From: Octopus bimaculoides
Taxonomy: Eukaryota
Assembly: GCF_001194135.2 (NCBI RefSeq)
Contig: NC_068993.1
Location: 41,990,174-42,054,173, forward strand
Direction: 5' to 3'
DNA length: 64,000 bases
This document shows, one piece after another, positions 13,101 through 26,620 of this stretch (position 1 is its first letter; each line of letters opens with the position of its first letter). The notes below the pieces were generated by a model. The model ran no database searches, had not been told where the DNA came from, and saw nothing but the letters and a program-made list of their open reading frames with translations. Both the position numbers and the translations under genes were made by a program.

Positions 13101-15648
13101 GTACGATGCTATACTTTCATATGTCTGTACATCTGTATGCCTTTCCGCCTGCCTATCTATTTACCTATCTCTATATATAAATATATCACTTCAAGTTACA
13201 TTTAGATCTATCGATGATGTATCATGACTATTAATACTGCAGCATTTAAGTTCTTCATAAGTGCTTGTTTGCCCTTTGTCAATTGAGAACCGGTATGATT
13301 AGTTGTGATGTGAAAATAATATGTTCCAAAGCCATACAGTGCTGTGTCACGTAGAAAGTTGCTACAGAATATTATGTCGTATGAACAGAGTTATTCGTAC
13401 TAGACAACGTACATTAATAAACTCAGACATTTATCATAACGTATTTTAGTAAGCTTGATTGATAAGTATTGTGCCTGTATCCAGTTTATATGACTATGAA
13501 TGAGTACAAATATCGTCGGCTTTGCAATTTTTATATGTGAACGTTACAACGATTCAGGACAAACAATACAGGACATGTCGCGAGCTAATAAGTGATGCAC
13601 TTACGTGCCAATTAATGAACTTGTACGGGTTTACCTACTCTTCTGGAAATAAGGCTAAACCTGCCTTGCATCCCACAATGCCATTTCACATAGGGAAAGT
13701 ATATTTTTGATAATATACTCTCATGTGTTCACAAAAGATACGATAGCCAGCGCTACAAAGCCTATGCTCATAGACCTGCTCGACCAGTACATGAATTAGC
13801 ACCAGCTAATGACTTGTCAATAAGCAAAACTGTACATGGTTACCCTCCCTTCTAGATATAACAGAGAAATTTGACTCATATACCACACTACGATTTTAAA
13901 TAACGAACGAACACAGCTGTTAATATATTCCTACCTCCTCTCACAAGACAGGATGGTCATTGCTGTTAAGCATCTGATCGTAGATCAGCTTCATCAAAGG
14001 CATTTACAGTGAACCATCAACATCATGTTCCTTCTTTAAAATAATGGAACGCTTGGTGGAGTTTCTTCAATGATTCCTCTTTGCCAAGAAGGGAACCTCT
14101 TCGTAATCATTGGTCTGTAAGAAATAGAATCTAAATTTCTTTCAATCACACAGCATTTTTTTAAAACAAACAGCGATACATTGCATAAGATGCCCTTAAC
14201 ACGTGAGGTGGTTATGGGGGAAACTTTTTCCTATAGATTTGTTCAATATAAAATTGACACATGGCTATACAACAGTAACCTCACATATTTTTTTTCTCTC
14301 TAGCGTTCTTGATGTTCCATTGGATAAAAGGTGGGAGGCTTTTGGGTGTCTATGGCAGCTCGCGACTACATAGACACTTGAAACCATTAAACTACATAGG
14401 CACTAAAAATGGTACTTGCTGCCAGGTCATATACGCCTGGAAGTAACGGCTACCGATTCATGAGGACAAGCTTTGTTTGTTTAAGAATGTAACTGAAATT
14501 ATAAGGGTAGGTTACAGATTCTTTTTCTCATAATAATGCTTGCATATATACACGTCTTTGAAGAACATTGCTTCCTCATTAAAATAAATAAGTCGTTTGC
14601 ACAATATGAAATGTTCGTGTTTTGTTACGCCTCAAATTTAAACTATTGAATACGTTTAAAACGGTGAATTGGCAGTATTTTGACTTGAATGCTATGCAGT
14701 ATTTGTTCTGGATTTCTGTGTTCTGATTTTAAATATCAGTGTGGTGTACTCTTATTATTCTAAGATCGATACATAAAGTAACATTCAAGTACAATGGTCA
14801 CTTCTTTTCTCACTCAGAAGTCGCTATTTTGTGCCGTGAGAAGGGACCGAGGATGATCACTCATAGTCTTCTCGAGAAGGGTTCCAAGCAGGGGGTTACT
14901 TACTTTGGGGTTTAGAAGAATTAGTGCCATAAAAAAGCTGCCAATGGCCGTCAGCCTGCATCGTAACACGGAGCCGAAGTAGGAAAATATATGTGTACTT
15001 CATTGTACGACGACTGAAACATCCCTGTGTTTTTAGAGGTGTCTCTTTCGTAGTTAAAGTATTAGAAAGTGTAGGAGAAGGAAGGAGATAATGAAAATCT
15101 CTGGGTAAGAGATGGAGTAGACGTAGTAGTGCTAGTGTTTATAGATGTTGACTGCGATAATATTCTGTGCTCGCAATTTGTAACCAATATAACCCCCTGC
15201 CCCTTCATTATTAAAGATATTGTTTTCGTTATCAAGATCAACTAAAGTATTTGAAATTAAACATCAGCTACATTGACACTGCTAGGTTCAGAAAACTGTT
15301 CTTATTTGAACAAACTAATAAACAAATTCGTTATATGACTATTGCTGACAAGATGAATCAGTTATCAATATTGCAAACATTTGTTCGAGAGGCGCTATAT
15401 GAACTTTTCAATTTTCGCTGATCGTGCTTTTAAACAGAGGTCTTTCATTTCTCACCGTCGTTTCAAAAAACTGTGAACTGTAAATTGTTAAGAAAGAAGG
15501 AATGAAAAGTTGTGACAATCATGTTGTTTTCCTAAAATAAATTAAGCTGAGAAAACAAATGGGTTTTCTTAGGCAGGCGAAAATGTTTATTCCAATTTTC
15601 AATAGAAATTACAATAAAAATATCAAATTGGTAAAAATATACTATCAG

Positions 15649-15920
<272 letters not shown>

Positions 15921-18019
15921 TCAACAGTTTTCCAGTTTAAGTCCTGAAGTGAAAAAAATTCATGGCTAGTCTCTAGGCGATGATGTGCTTAATACTGAGT
16001 TATTTTGTAAGAATTGGAAACGACATCTTATATGACTAAACAACTTCTGTTGGTAAAGTAAGCAACGCTGACCTAATCTCCATCTATCACAGACACTTCA
16101 AAAATATTTTATAGAACAATGCATGCAAACTGAATAACTGATGATGTTGCCGTTGATTTAGGTTAAGGGTGAGCCTATAAAATCATACATTAACATTTAA
16201 AAGCTTTGTACGCTGTAGGTTCATGAATAGCTGTCTAAAAGTCACAGGCATTAATAGTTAGAGTTACTTGTATAGCTTCAGAAGTGAAAAAGAAAAGTAT
16301 TTCGGAATAAACATATGACTCCAGACGACACTACATTCTGGACGGTATTTATTCAATTCAACAAGAAATATTTATTCACTTCTAACAAAGATTAATTCAT
16401 CAACTATTTTAATGACGATGTATTCAATGTGAAACATTGCACAATGTATACACGTTCCTAATGTGCCAACGATACTTGTCAGAAGCAACATGAAATATTT
16501 TGACATTTGAAAACTTTATGTAAAACGCAGAGAACATAAATCAGAGAATTTGAAAATATCTCTGACAATAAATGAAGGCCAAAATAACTTCATGAGCAAT
16601 TTTAAAACGCTATTCTTACATATTTCATTTCATCACATTCAAAAATAATATAACATTTCAAAATAGCCAGTCGGAAAGAGTAATCATGAAGTCATTTACA
16701 ATTTTTTTTTTTCATGATTTAAATGCTTATAGCGATACATTAGGTCGACAAAATGGTGCGGAATCTTTACACAAATAAAATATTCTCATATGACTGAGTT
16801 ATTCATAGCCAGAAGAAAACTGAATGAGGAAAAATACATAGATTTAAGACCATTTTTCATACGCCAGCCACAACTCAGAACGGGTAATGAAAATATAAAT
16901 TTGTTCGTTATGGTTTTTAGTACAAATGATCATACTTTCTTACTTTCTACAAAACGTTAAGTATTGTGAATATAGCTATTATATTTCTTAAAACGGACTT
17001 TAGAGAAAAATAAGATTATCTTTTACATCTATGTGTCGTTAATCTAAAAATAAAGAGGAGTTCAAAACTCTTGAAAAGATGAAGATATATTTTGAAGGAA
17101 ATGTTATAAGAATGATTGTTAAAGTTCTTGAAGGAGGGCAAATATCATTAAATCTAAATCTAGTTCATATAAAACTGATTAAAAGTCGTAAGTCTTATGG
17201 AAATCAAAGTTTCTTCTTCAAAGATTCAAAGTATCATTGACCAAAAAGAGAAGTGCTTTACATCCAATTTACTTGTAACAAACTTAATTCTCAGTGACGA
17301 TAGTCGATACACTTTCCACTAAATAACCTCCACTTATATCAATCAATATATATAGTATTACAAAATGGATGCGAATCAGATCTACGTTGACTGCACGTCT
17401 AATTGACTTGACCTTTTTGGTGTTGGAACAGGAAGGGTATTTGGATTATAGTAAAAATAGCTGAAATAGCCATCTATTGATTTAATATTATAGTAATGTA
17501 GTTAATATAGCCTGCCTACGTGAAATCAATCAAGATATATAAAGAAACCTAATATTCAATGTGTTTTACAATGTCAACTAAAATTTTAGTGGTTCAAAAT
17601 ACATACTGACGTTTATGAAAGTATTTCAAAGACAATTTTCTGTAAAATAGAAGACAATCAGTTTAGAATAAAATAAATAGTTTACAATACTTTTGTTACT
17701 TACATTACTCAGAAATGTAGGACAGCAACCAAAACTATACTAAATAATGGAAAGCACCGACAAAATATTACGTCTGGTAAAATAAGATACTCTGTTAAAA
17801 CATTTTACAGGAAATTAGACCAACTTCCTCATAACTTTAAAACTTCAACGTTCATCAATCATGGTTTCGACTAGCTGGTTATTGGCGTTACTGAATTTAT
17901 TAAAGTTTCATATGGTTTATTTTTGCCAATGATGTTGCAGTATTTCCAAGAATATAATGTGTATCCTAATATAATTGTGACTAGAATGCTCTATGCAAGT
18001 GAGATAGAAGTGCAATTAT

Positions 18020-18067
<48 letters not shown>

Positions 18068-18089
18068 TGTGTATGTGTATACATATATG

Positions 18090-18126
<37 letters not shown>

Positions 18127-19461
18127 GCATATATATATTTATATATGTATATATATACATTCACACACACACATATATCTATGTATATATACAGATTTGT
18201 ACTCACATAAAATGGTCTGTGTCATTGTCTATGTTTTTCTTTCATTCCCCCCATTCTCTATCGTTCTGTTTCTCTCGATACCAGAATGTATGTTATCGAT
18301 AAATTGTTCGCATTTGAACACAGGCTTCATATATCGAGGGCTGCACTCAGAGAAAATACGCATATCTTGAAATCAGTCTAACAGCATAACTATTGTATAG
18401 ATTTAAAAATACACACGGGGACGTTAATGCAGTCAAGAGAAGAAATGACATGGTACTTTTAATTTAGAAGATTTAGACTACAAAATCTTTCAACAACTTA
18501 TTTTTCTACATGCTCACAAATATGCGCATGTAAGAAAACGTTAGTGTGTGTTTGGGTGCGTTATAAGAAATAACAACATTGCCCCAGGTTTAACAATTTT
18601 ATTCTAGGTTTACCATTTATCCTTTTAAGTTTTTCGTGGTTTCTTTAGGAAACGTATTGTTCCAAAGAAAAATATACTTCAATAAGAAATACGAAAAGAT
18701 TTAAGTCAAACCTTGGCACAGCTACATTTTCAATAACATATGTTTCAAAATAAAACTATTTCTTATGCTTAAATACATATATACATATATTCATAAATGC
18801 TTACACACACACATATATGTAGTTTTATATTCATGTATATATATATATACATATACATATANNNNNNNNNNNNNNNNNNNNNNNNNNNNNNNNNNNNNNN
18901 NNNNNNNNNNNNNNNNNNNNNNNNNNNNNNNNNNNCGTATAAAATATATGTATATATATATCTATATGCATGTAAGTGCGTTTTCGTGCGTGTACATCCA
19001 TGTAAGCGCGTGTAAGCGCGTGTAAGTGCGTCCATGTATATGTGTATGTATGTATGTATGTATGTATGTATGTATGCACGTACGCATTTTTCTGTGTACA
19101 CATATATGTCGCATTTTGATGTTGTTCATTTCTGCAGCAAAGCCTAGAGCACAAATAGTGTTATAATTAATGAGTTAGATATAAAAATATTTTCTATGCT
19201 TCCATTGAGATATTGTTTTGTTCGGTATTCATCCTTGAGGGTTTTAATAACTGATATAATGAATAGATGAGTCAGATAACGTTTCAGTCAGTGAACGTTA
19301 TGTAGCTCAAATACAACCAGCCTTCACTAGGGAGTAAGAATTGCTTGCTAAAATGCAGCAGTGTTCCACGAAATGTTTTGGGCGCCTATATAGTCACATT
19401 CAAACATAGATTTATTCTAAGATGTAATAGTTTGAAGGGAGAGAGTGCTACACATTTAGAG

Positions 19462-19665
19462 TCCGGCAAACTAGCAGATCCTTAGCTTGCGGGAAAAATG
19501 TTTTACTGTTTTTCTTCAGACTTAGTACGTTCTGATTTCAAATTGCACTGAAGTTGACTTTGACATTTTTAATTTCTGGGTCGATAAAAGCGTTGGGATT
19601 TATGTAATACACTTACATCTTACCCTCAAAATTGCTAGCCATGTGCTAAAATTGGAGAGAAATAT
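19462..19665 (+). mobile_element. SINE family A, diverged
   Basis: ACGTTCTGATTTCAAATTGCACTGAAGTTGACTTTG...GGGTCGATAAAA is collinear with family A. Confidence 0.6.
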
Positions 19666-20927
19666 CAAGAATTTTATATTATATACTTTTAATTACTATA
19701 GTGATTAGGTTCCCTGGACATATCAAATACATTTCTTAAAATCGATGATCTTAACAAACAATCATATTGTCGTGCAGCTATTCATATAGGAAAGCACAAA
19801 ATTTAGAAACAAGCAACTGTTACTAAAGCATTAGTGCATCACATTGACTTTGTAAATATTAAATTTTACAATTTTACAGACAAAATACTTTTCAGTAAAT
19901 GTGCTTGTCTCTGAATTGAAATACGTTATGCTAATGTGACAGATTGCCAAACAGTATGTTCTTGGAAATCATAGTTAGGCTGAGCGTTTTCTTCACCATA
20001 AATATTCATAGTCAAAATCAATTTAGTTTAACTTATTTAACTTACATGATAACTAAAATTGAATTACGTACATATTTTCTTGTAATTTTGGGGAAATATT
20101 CTGGACGAAAATCTTTGCAGGTTTTTAATGTTTTAGCAATGATTGTTTAAAGAATCTGTTGGTAAATCGCATTGATATTTTTGCTATTGACATCAGTACG
20201 TGTCTAAATATGTATTCAGACCTACTCAATCTAGAAAATAAAATAGAAAAATAACCATGAAGAAGGTAAACATCTATATAAATTGAAATTTAAGTTTTAT
20301 TATATAAAACGCCAGCGAATAAGTAAATTTATAAGCAATAAAGAGTGAAGCCAAAAATATTGAATAAACAATTTGTCTTAAAACTTTTAAAAGTAGGAGA
20401 CCATTCATGAAAAAAAAAAGTACGGAGACAGGATGAGAAATTAAAAAATAAAAAAAATAATAATTTTGAGGAAAATGAAATTTAAAGAATTTAATAAGGA
20501 ATTTCGAATAAAGCAAATTCATTTTGAAATAATTTGATAAAACTATATATTTTTAAACATAGTCGAGATATTCATGTGTGAAGAAATTTTATGTGAGAAA
20601 TAAGAAAGAAAAAAGAGAAAAATAAATACGAAACAATATTAACGGTTAAATGAAAAATTACTATAATTTGAAAGTAAGAAATAGAAGCGACAAATATAAA
20701 TCAGGAAACGTCTTCTACCTATGGAATGCGTTAACCATTCAAAGAAACGTTTTCTTCCTCACAGTTTCAGAATAGAAATTACATTTTCCAGAATTTTCAA
20801 TACTAATTTAACTTAGATGCTCCGATTACTGTCTACATTCAAAGTTTGGTTGAGACAGTATAATACACTTCTTTATGACTTATTTATTGTGAGAATCACA
20901 ACTGTAGAGAAATATATTACAACATAA

Positions 20928-20978
<51 letters not shown>

Positions 20979-21034
20979 NNNNNNNNNNNNNNNNNNNNNN
21001 NNNNNNNNNNNNNNNNNNNNNNNNNNNNNNNNNN

Positions 21035-21093
<59 letters not shown>

Positions 21094-21240
21094 GTTTCTT
21101 CCCTTTTTTCTCTCTCTCTCTTTATATATTAATATACATAGACATGCAGGAAGTAAACAGACACCTTTAATTTTCAAGATCTTTTATTTAATACGCAAAG
21201 CGAACAATTGAAATGTAATCGATAGGTAGGCTTACATACT

Positions 21241-22227
21241 TTAGAATTTAGTTGACATTTCCTTTGCAGTTTTTAATTCAGAAACTCTTTTTGGCATTGA
21301 ACTGATGAGCTTTGTGATTGTCTCTTGTGGAATTTCTACCCACTTTTCAACCAACAATCGAAACAATTCATTTTTAGATTTAGGTTTCTATCGAGTTTTT
21401 CGTATAGTTCTATTTAGTATGCTCCAAAGATTTTCAATTGGGTTCATGCCAGGAGATTGGCTTGGCCAAGGAAGCTTTTTGATCCCATTTTCAGTCAGCT
21501 ATTGTTGATTCCTTTTCACTGTGTGGCATGGAGCCCCATCTTCCATGAATAAAAACTTTTTTTTCGTTATGTTATCGTGTGAATACTTCGGAAGTAGTCC
21601 TTGCTTAAGTATTTCGATGTATTTTTCAGAGTTTATGGTTCCAACACATTCAATCAGCTCAGACCGACCATTGCTGGTGACAGCTCCCTATACCATTACA
21701 GAGATACCGCCATGTGTCACAGTTGGTTGGAGTCGTTTCAAATCAAATTCTTGATTGGGAAACCTCCAGCCACAAACACGTCCACTGGATTCATCTGAGA
21801 AAATCGCTCTTTCTCAAAATGAACTGGATTATTTTCATGATATTAATTGGTTGCAGGGGAGGTTTTCTTCTAGCTGCTCGTCCATAATACCCAAGCTTAT
21901 GAAGATATGTAACACACGTTCTTGGACTAACTTCTAGCTGTTTACGATGTCAGAAGCTTTCGAACGGGGTTCGCTTTCCACAGTTCTCTTGAAACAGCGA
22001 GGATTTCTTTCCGAGAGCCCAGGTCGGCCGGGACGAGAATCTGTTGATTATTTTCCTTGGCTTTTGAATTGCACCATATTTCTACTAGCAGAAGCAAGAA
22101 GAATTTGAAGATTTTCTGCAATTTTTCGCTGGCTAAGACCAGCCTCAGATTGCCCAACAATACGACCTCTTTGAACATCTGACAGTTCTGCTGGAATTTT
22201 TGTGCGTGGGATGGTTACTCTTCCCAA
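21241..22227 (-). mobile_element. Tc1-like DD34E transposase pseudogene, near full length
   Basis: Minus strand reads 'GRVTIPRTKIPAELSDVQRGRIVGQSEAGLSQRKIA' (HTH), 'IFSDES', and 'FMEDGAPCH...WPSQSPGMNPIENLW'. I count 34 residues between the second D and E. In-frame stops are present. Confidence 0.9.
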
Positions 22228-22650
22228 ATGTTTAATNNNNNNNNNNNNNNNNNNNNNNNNNNNNNNNNNNNNNNNNNNNNNNNNNNNNNNNNNNNNNNNN
22301 NNNNNNNNNNNNNNNNNNNNNNNNNNNNNNNNNNNNNNNNNNNNNNNNNNNNNNNNNNNNNNNNNNNNNNNNNNNNNNNNNNNNNNNNNNNNNNNNNNNN
22401 NNNNNNNNNNNNNNNNNNNNNNNNNNNNNNNNNNNNNNNNNNNNNNNNNNNNNNNNNNNNNNNNNNNNNNNNNNNATATATGAGTGAACAAACGAAAGAA
22501 AGGGCCGTCAACACATTTATTGGGAATTACATGCATTATTCGAATCAAAGTGATTTGAATAATATGTGTGTGTGTGTGTATGTGTGTGTGTGTGTGTTTG
22601 CGTGTGCGTGTGTGTGTTTGCGTGTGAGTGTGTGTGTATGTATGCACACA

Positions 22651-23480
22651 CAGTACTGTGCAAGAGCCTTCGGCTGCTTTAAACTGTTGTAAATTTCTAC
22701 TAATTGCCAAGTGATATGTGGATGTTCTGCATTGCGTTTTTTTTTGTGTTTTTTTTTACAGATGAAACATTGACTCTGTCGGAGTTAATTCCATACCTAA
22801 TCATTATATTTTGTAGTAGGGGCTCTGAATGAGAAAGGAAGATGCGAGACGACCGCCAAAATTGGCCGGGCAAAAGGTTTTGGGCCACCTCACATAAACT
22901 AATCAAGATACAGTGTTTTAAAACAAAAAATATCTATAATAAAAAATTTATTACATAATGTTCATTTCAAGAAGTTACTGTACATTGTTGATATTTTGTG
23001 TGGCTTCCCTTAGCTTGAATAATTGCTTCAATGCGCCTGGTAAGAGATGCGTACAAATCTTTCACCATCTTCACAGGTATGAGAAACCATTCTCTGTGCC
23101 TAAGCTCCGACAACTCACCAAGACTGCGAGGATTCTTCTGACGAACTTTTCTCTTTAGTTTTGTTTGCTCGATGATATCTATGTCAGGGCTCTGAGCTGG
23201 CAAATCTTTCAATACAGTAACATCTTCATTAGCCAGACTCTGTTGTGTTGCACCTGATCTGAGGCATGGAGCTCCATCATGCTGAAATTTCTTCCCTTCA
23301 TCCCAAGTTTTGCATCAAATTGTCCTTCAGCAGCTAGATGCATTTGACACTATTCAAGTTACCGTTTATTTTTAACCAACTTCTTTGAACCATCACTTTT
23401 TATGTATCACAAAGCATCAGACTCTTGCCCCCCCCCCAAATTTCACTGTTTTCGTCGTGTAACGTGAGTCGCTTCGCTTT
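22651..23480 (-). mobile_element. Second Tc1-like element, 3' part (DD35E spacing)
   Basis: Reads 'FQHDGAPCLRSGATQQSLANEDVTVLKDLPAQSPDIDIIE...RRIEAIIQAKGSHTKY*'. A TIR-like CAGTACTGTGCAAGAG lies at 22651. Confidence 0.8.
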
Positions 23481-24454
23481 CCTAGGGACCCTCTTGCAAA
23501 TTCCTGCTTATTAGCGAGGAAGCAGTACTCAATATATCTTGAAGAGTTTATATCCATTCAAGTAGAGAATTTATCATGTTGTTGCCCTGAAAAACTCATC
23601 TCTTTGTTTTCATTCAACAGTTTGGAACCTTGAACAATCTATAAAGGCATGAAGCAAATTCACTTCACTTATATTGTTTATACATCTTTACATATCTTAC
23701 TCGAACTTCACATCTTCTTTAGATGCTTTTGATGTCGAACAGAACTACATACAATTTTCTCATTAACTTTGTCATGTTTAACAGACGTTCTTAAAGTTAA
23801 TATTTATAAAGAAACTATCTAATAACTTGATTTAACATAGATAGAACGTCGACATGCTTCATGTAACATCGCCAAACCTTCAAGTAACACTACCAGGAGA
23901 TCTAATTCAGACAAACTGATACTCAGATAACGATACATTTCATTTTGTTCTTGTTGAGATTTTCAATAGTTAACGTAAGGATAGTGTTGATAATCCAATA
24001 CATTGCTCCTTCATTCACTTTCTTCATGCAAATACGCACTACACAGAAGCAATGACATAGATTCAAGTAGAGGACACTCTTCAATACCTTCTATGACCAC
24101 TAACAAATCCGAAGTAAAGCAATGAAAAACTACATGCAGTGTCTTGACATGTGCGAAAGTTTTCTAATGAGAAGAAGCAGATAACATAATTGCATTTAAG
24201 AAGATAGTATTGCATATCCAATTTCAAAAATGCTGGCGTCAGATTAGAATACGAAGAGATAAAATAAAGAGGTTGGCCGATAGCAGATCAAACATGATGT
24301 GCCAATGCTTTGTTTGTAATAATGATACAGATGGTGTGTAGGGTTTACCATTTATTGAAGTTTTTTAACGCTTCTCTTTGTCAATTGCCAAGCATGTCAC
24401 ACATTATTGAGTTGTAAAATCAAATTTCTTTCTTTAGTGTTCTTGATAGCTTTA

Positions 24455-24670
24455 CAGCAGCTAGCTGGTAGAAGCGTAAGCACGCTGGATAAAATGATTA
24501 ACGACATTTCGTCCGACTTTATTTTCTGAGGTCACATCCCGCCGAGGTCGACTTTGCCTTTCATCCTTTCGAGGTTGAGAAAATATGTAACAGTTGAGCC
24601 CTGAGGTAGATATAATCGACTTAGGCCTTTCCCCGGAATTACTGGCCCTGTGCCAAAGTTTGAAATGAAT
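24455..24670 (+). mobile_element. SINE family A
   Basis: Core CCGCCGAGGTCGACTTTGCCTTTCATCCTTTCG. Confidence 0.8.
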
Positions 24671-24885
24671 ATTCTTGATAGCTTTAAATATCATCCATGA
24701 ATTATATCATTTAAACACGGATCGCCATGAACTTTTATAGTGAGGGTGCGCTATTCTACATCTTAATTCACGAGATATACGTGAGGTAGATCGATAAGAC
24801 AACATTAGCGCAAAATTTCATATTGCAAATTATTACTAGTATTTTTAGCCATAATGCTGGCAGATATTAATATAATCATTTGGAT

Positions 24886-25088
24886 GTCGGTGAACTGGCA
24901 GAGTCGTTAGCATGCCGGGAAATGTTTAGCAGCATTTCGTTCTGTGCTCAAATTCCACTGAAGTTGACTTTGCCTTTCATCCTTTCGGGGTCGATAAAAT
25001 AAGTAGTAGTTCAGCGGTGGGGTCGCTGTAATAAGACTTAACACCACCCCGAAATTACTAGCTTCATGCCATAATTTGAAATTAATGT
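24886..25088 (+). mobile_element. SINE family A with 15-bp target-site duplication
   Basis: Flanked by TATAATCATTTGGAT (24871-24885) and TATAACCATTTGGAT (25089-25103). Confidence 0.8.
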
Positions 25089-25103
25089 TATAACCATTTG
25101 GAT

Positions 25104-25300
25104 GGCGGCGAGGTGGCAAAATCGTTTGCAAGGTGGGAAAAAGGATTAGCAGCATTTCATTCGTCCTTACGTTATGTGTTCAAATTCCACCGAGGTCGAC
25201 TATGCAATTCATCTTTTCCGTGTTGATAAAATAAATACCATGGGAGCATTGGGGTCGATCTAATTGACTTAACCCCTTCTCTAAAATGGCTGGGGACTTG
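25104..25300 (+). mobile_element. SINE family A
   Basis: Head GGCGGCGAGGTGGCAAAATCG and core TTCAAATTCCACCGAGGTCGAC. Confidence 0.8.
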
Positions 25301-25758
25301 CATATTTTCCAAGATTTTCTTTCATAAAGTTTCTACTCTTTTAAGGATATAACACCATTACCTACATGTTAAGCTTCTCCAAATCTATTTCTCAAGCCAG
25401 ATAGTGAAGATTTTTCATAACTGACCTCATATTAACTCACAAATATACCCTAGGTCTGATTCAAGGTCCGTACACCTTCAAGATTAGTGTACACTGTTTA
25501 CGTCTACTACACTTATTTATGGAATGCAGCATTTCATTGACGTTGCTTGATCGAGATTTTGTGTCACCCTGTACGACATGGCATATAAATCGGCGAGTAT
25601 AGTTAGTATCTTTTTCAGTATCCGCTTTACGACACCCGACATGAAATAATAAACGTTTTTATTTATCTTTCATTTATGCATTAATTTTACGATATTCGTT
25701 TTATGTCACTGAACATGAAAATATTAAATATTTTTACAAATATATTTTTACTTATTTT

Positions 25759-26085
25759 GGAGGCTCAATGGTGAGAGCGATGGGCTCACAATCATGATAT
25801 AATGAGTTCGATTCCCGGACCATATTGTGTGCTGTGTTCTTGAGTAAGACTTTATTTCACGTTGCTCCAGTTCACTCAGCTGTACAAATGAGTTGTGACG
25901 TCACTAGTGCCAAGCTATATTCCCTTTCGCTTGGATAACATCGGGGGCGTGGAGAGGGAGGGCTTGTATGCTTGGGTGACTGCTGGTCATACATAAACAA
26001 CGTTGCTCGGACTTGTTCCTCGGAGGGGAACTTTCTAGGGGCAATCTCACGGTCTTTCTTGACCGAAAGGGGACTGTATTTCGGA
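25759..26085 (+). mobile_element. tRNA-derived SINE family C
   Basis: A-box-like GGCTCAATGG and B box GAGTTCGATTCC (25804-25815); body collinear with the 38262 copy (TTGCTCCAGTTCACTCAGCTGTA). Confidence 0.85.
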
Positions 26086-26204
26086 TTTAGCATTCTTCAC
26101 ATCCAGTATGTATCACATGAACTGTGAAATCAATGCAGAATTTATTGGTTGTGTAGATCATTAATAAAATACTAGAGAGAGCGCTGTCACTTTCCTGTCA
26201 TGAT

Positions 26205-26411
26205 CTTTATCTTTTATCGTTGCACTGCGGCCACGCTGGTGCGTCGTCTTGAAAGGTTTAGTCGAACAAATCAACCCTAGTATCTATTTTTTAAGTCCGG
26301 AACTTATTTTATTGGCGCCTTTGCCGAAGTACTATGTAGCGAAATCCTAAGGAAGTCAACACCTTTTGTCATCTAGTGAGGGGAAACAGAGAAAAAGGCA
26401 CGCATACACAC

Positions 26412-26482
<71 letters not shown>

Positions 26483-26620
26483 GATAGATAGATACGAGGG
26501 ACTTCCACAATGTTAACACCTGTGATAAACAAGACACTGGTCACCCTTGGGCTACAATAGAATACACTTGCTCACACTACCGCACAGTGGGACTCAACTA
26601 AAAAAACATGCAATTGCAAA
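26205..26620 (-). mobile_element. SINE family B interrupted by (GATA)n
   Basis: GCACTGCGGCCACGCTGG, CGCACAGTGGGACTCAAC and other family B motifs on the minus strand. Confidence 0.7.

Noticed and set aside
23520-24360. Coding-like decayed sequence beside the Tc1 pair
   Set aside because: Stops occur in all frames and I recognise no motif.
25759-25830. tRNA genes here and at 38262 and 29472
   Set aside because: The A/B boxes run directly into shared SINE bodies, and no complete cloverleaf or acceptor stem is evident.
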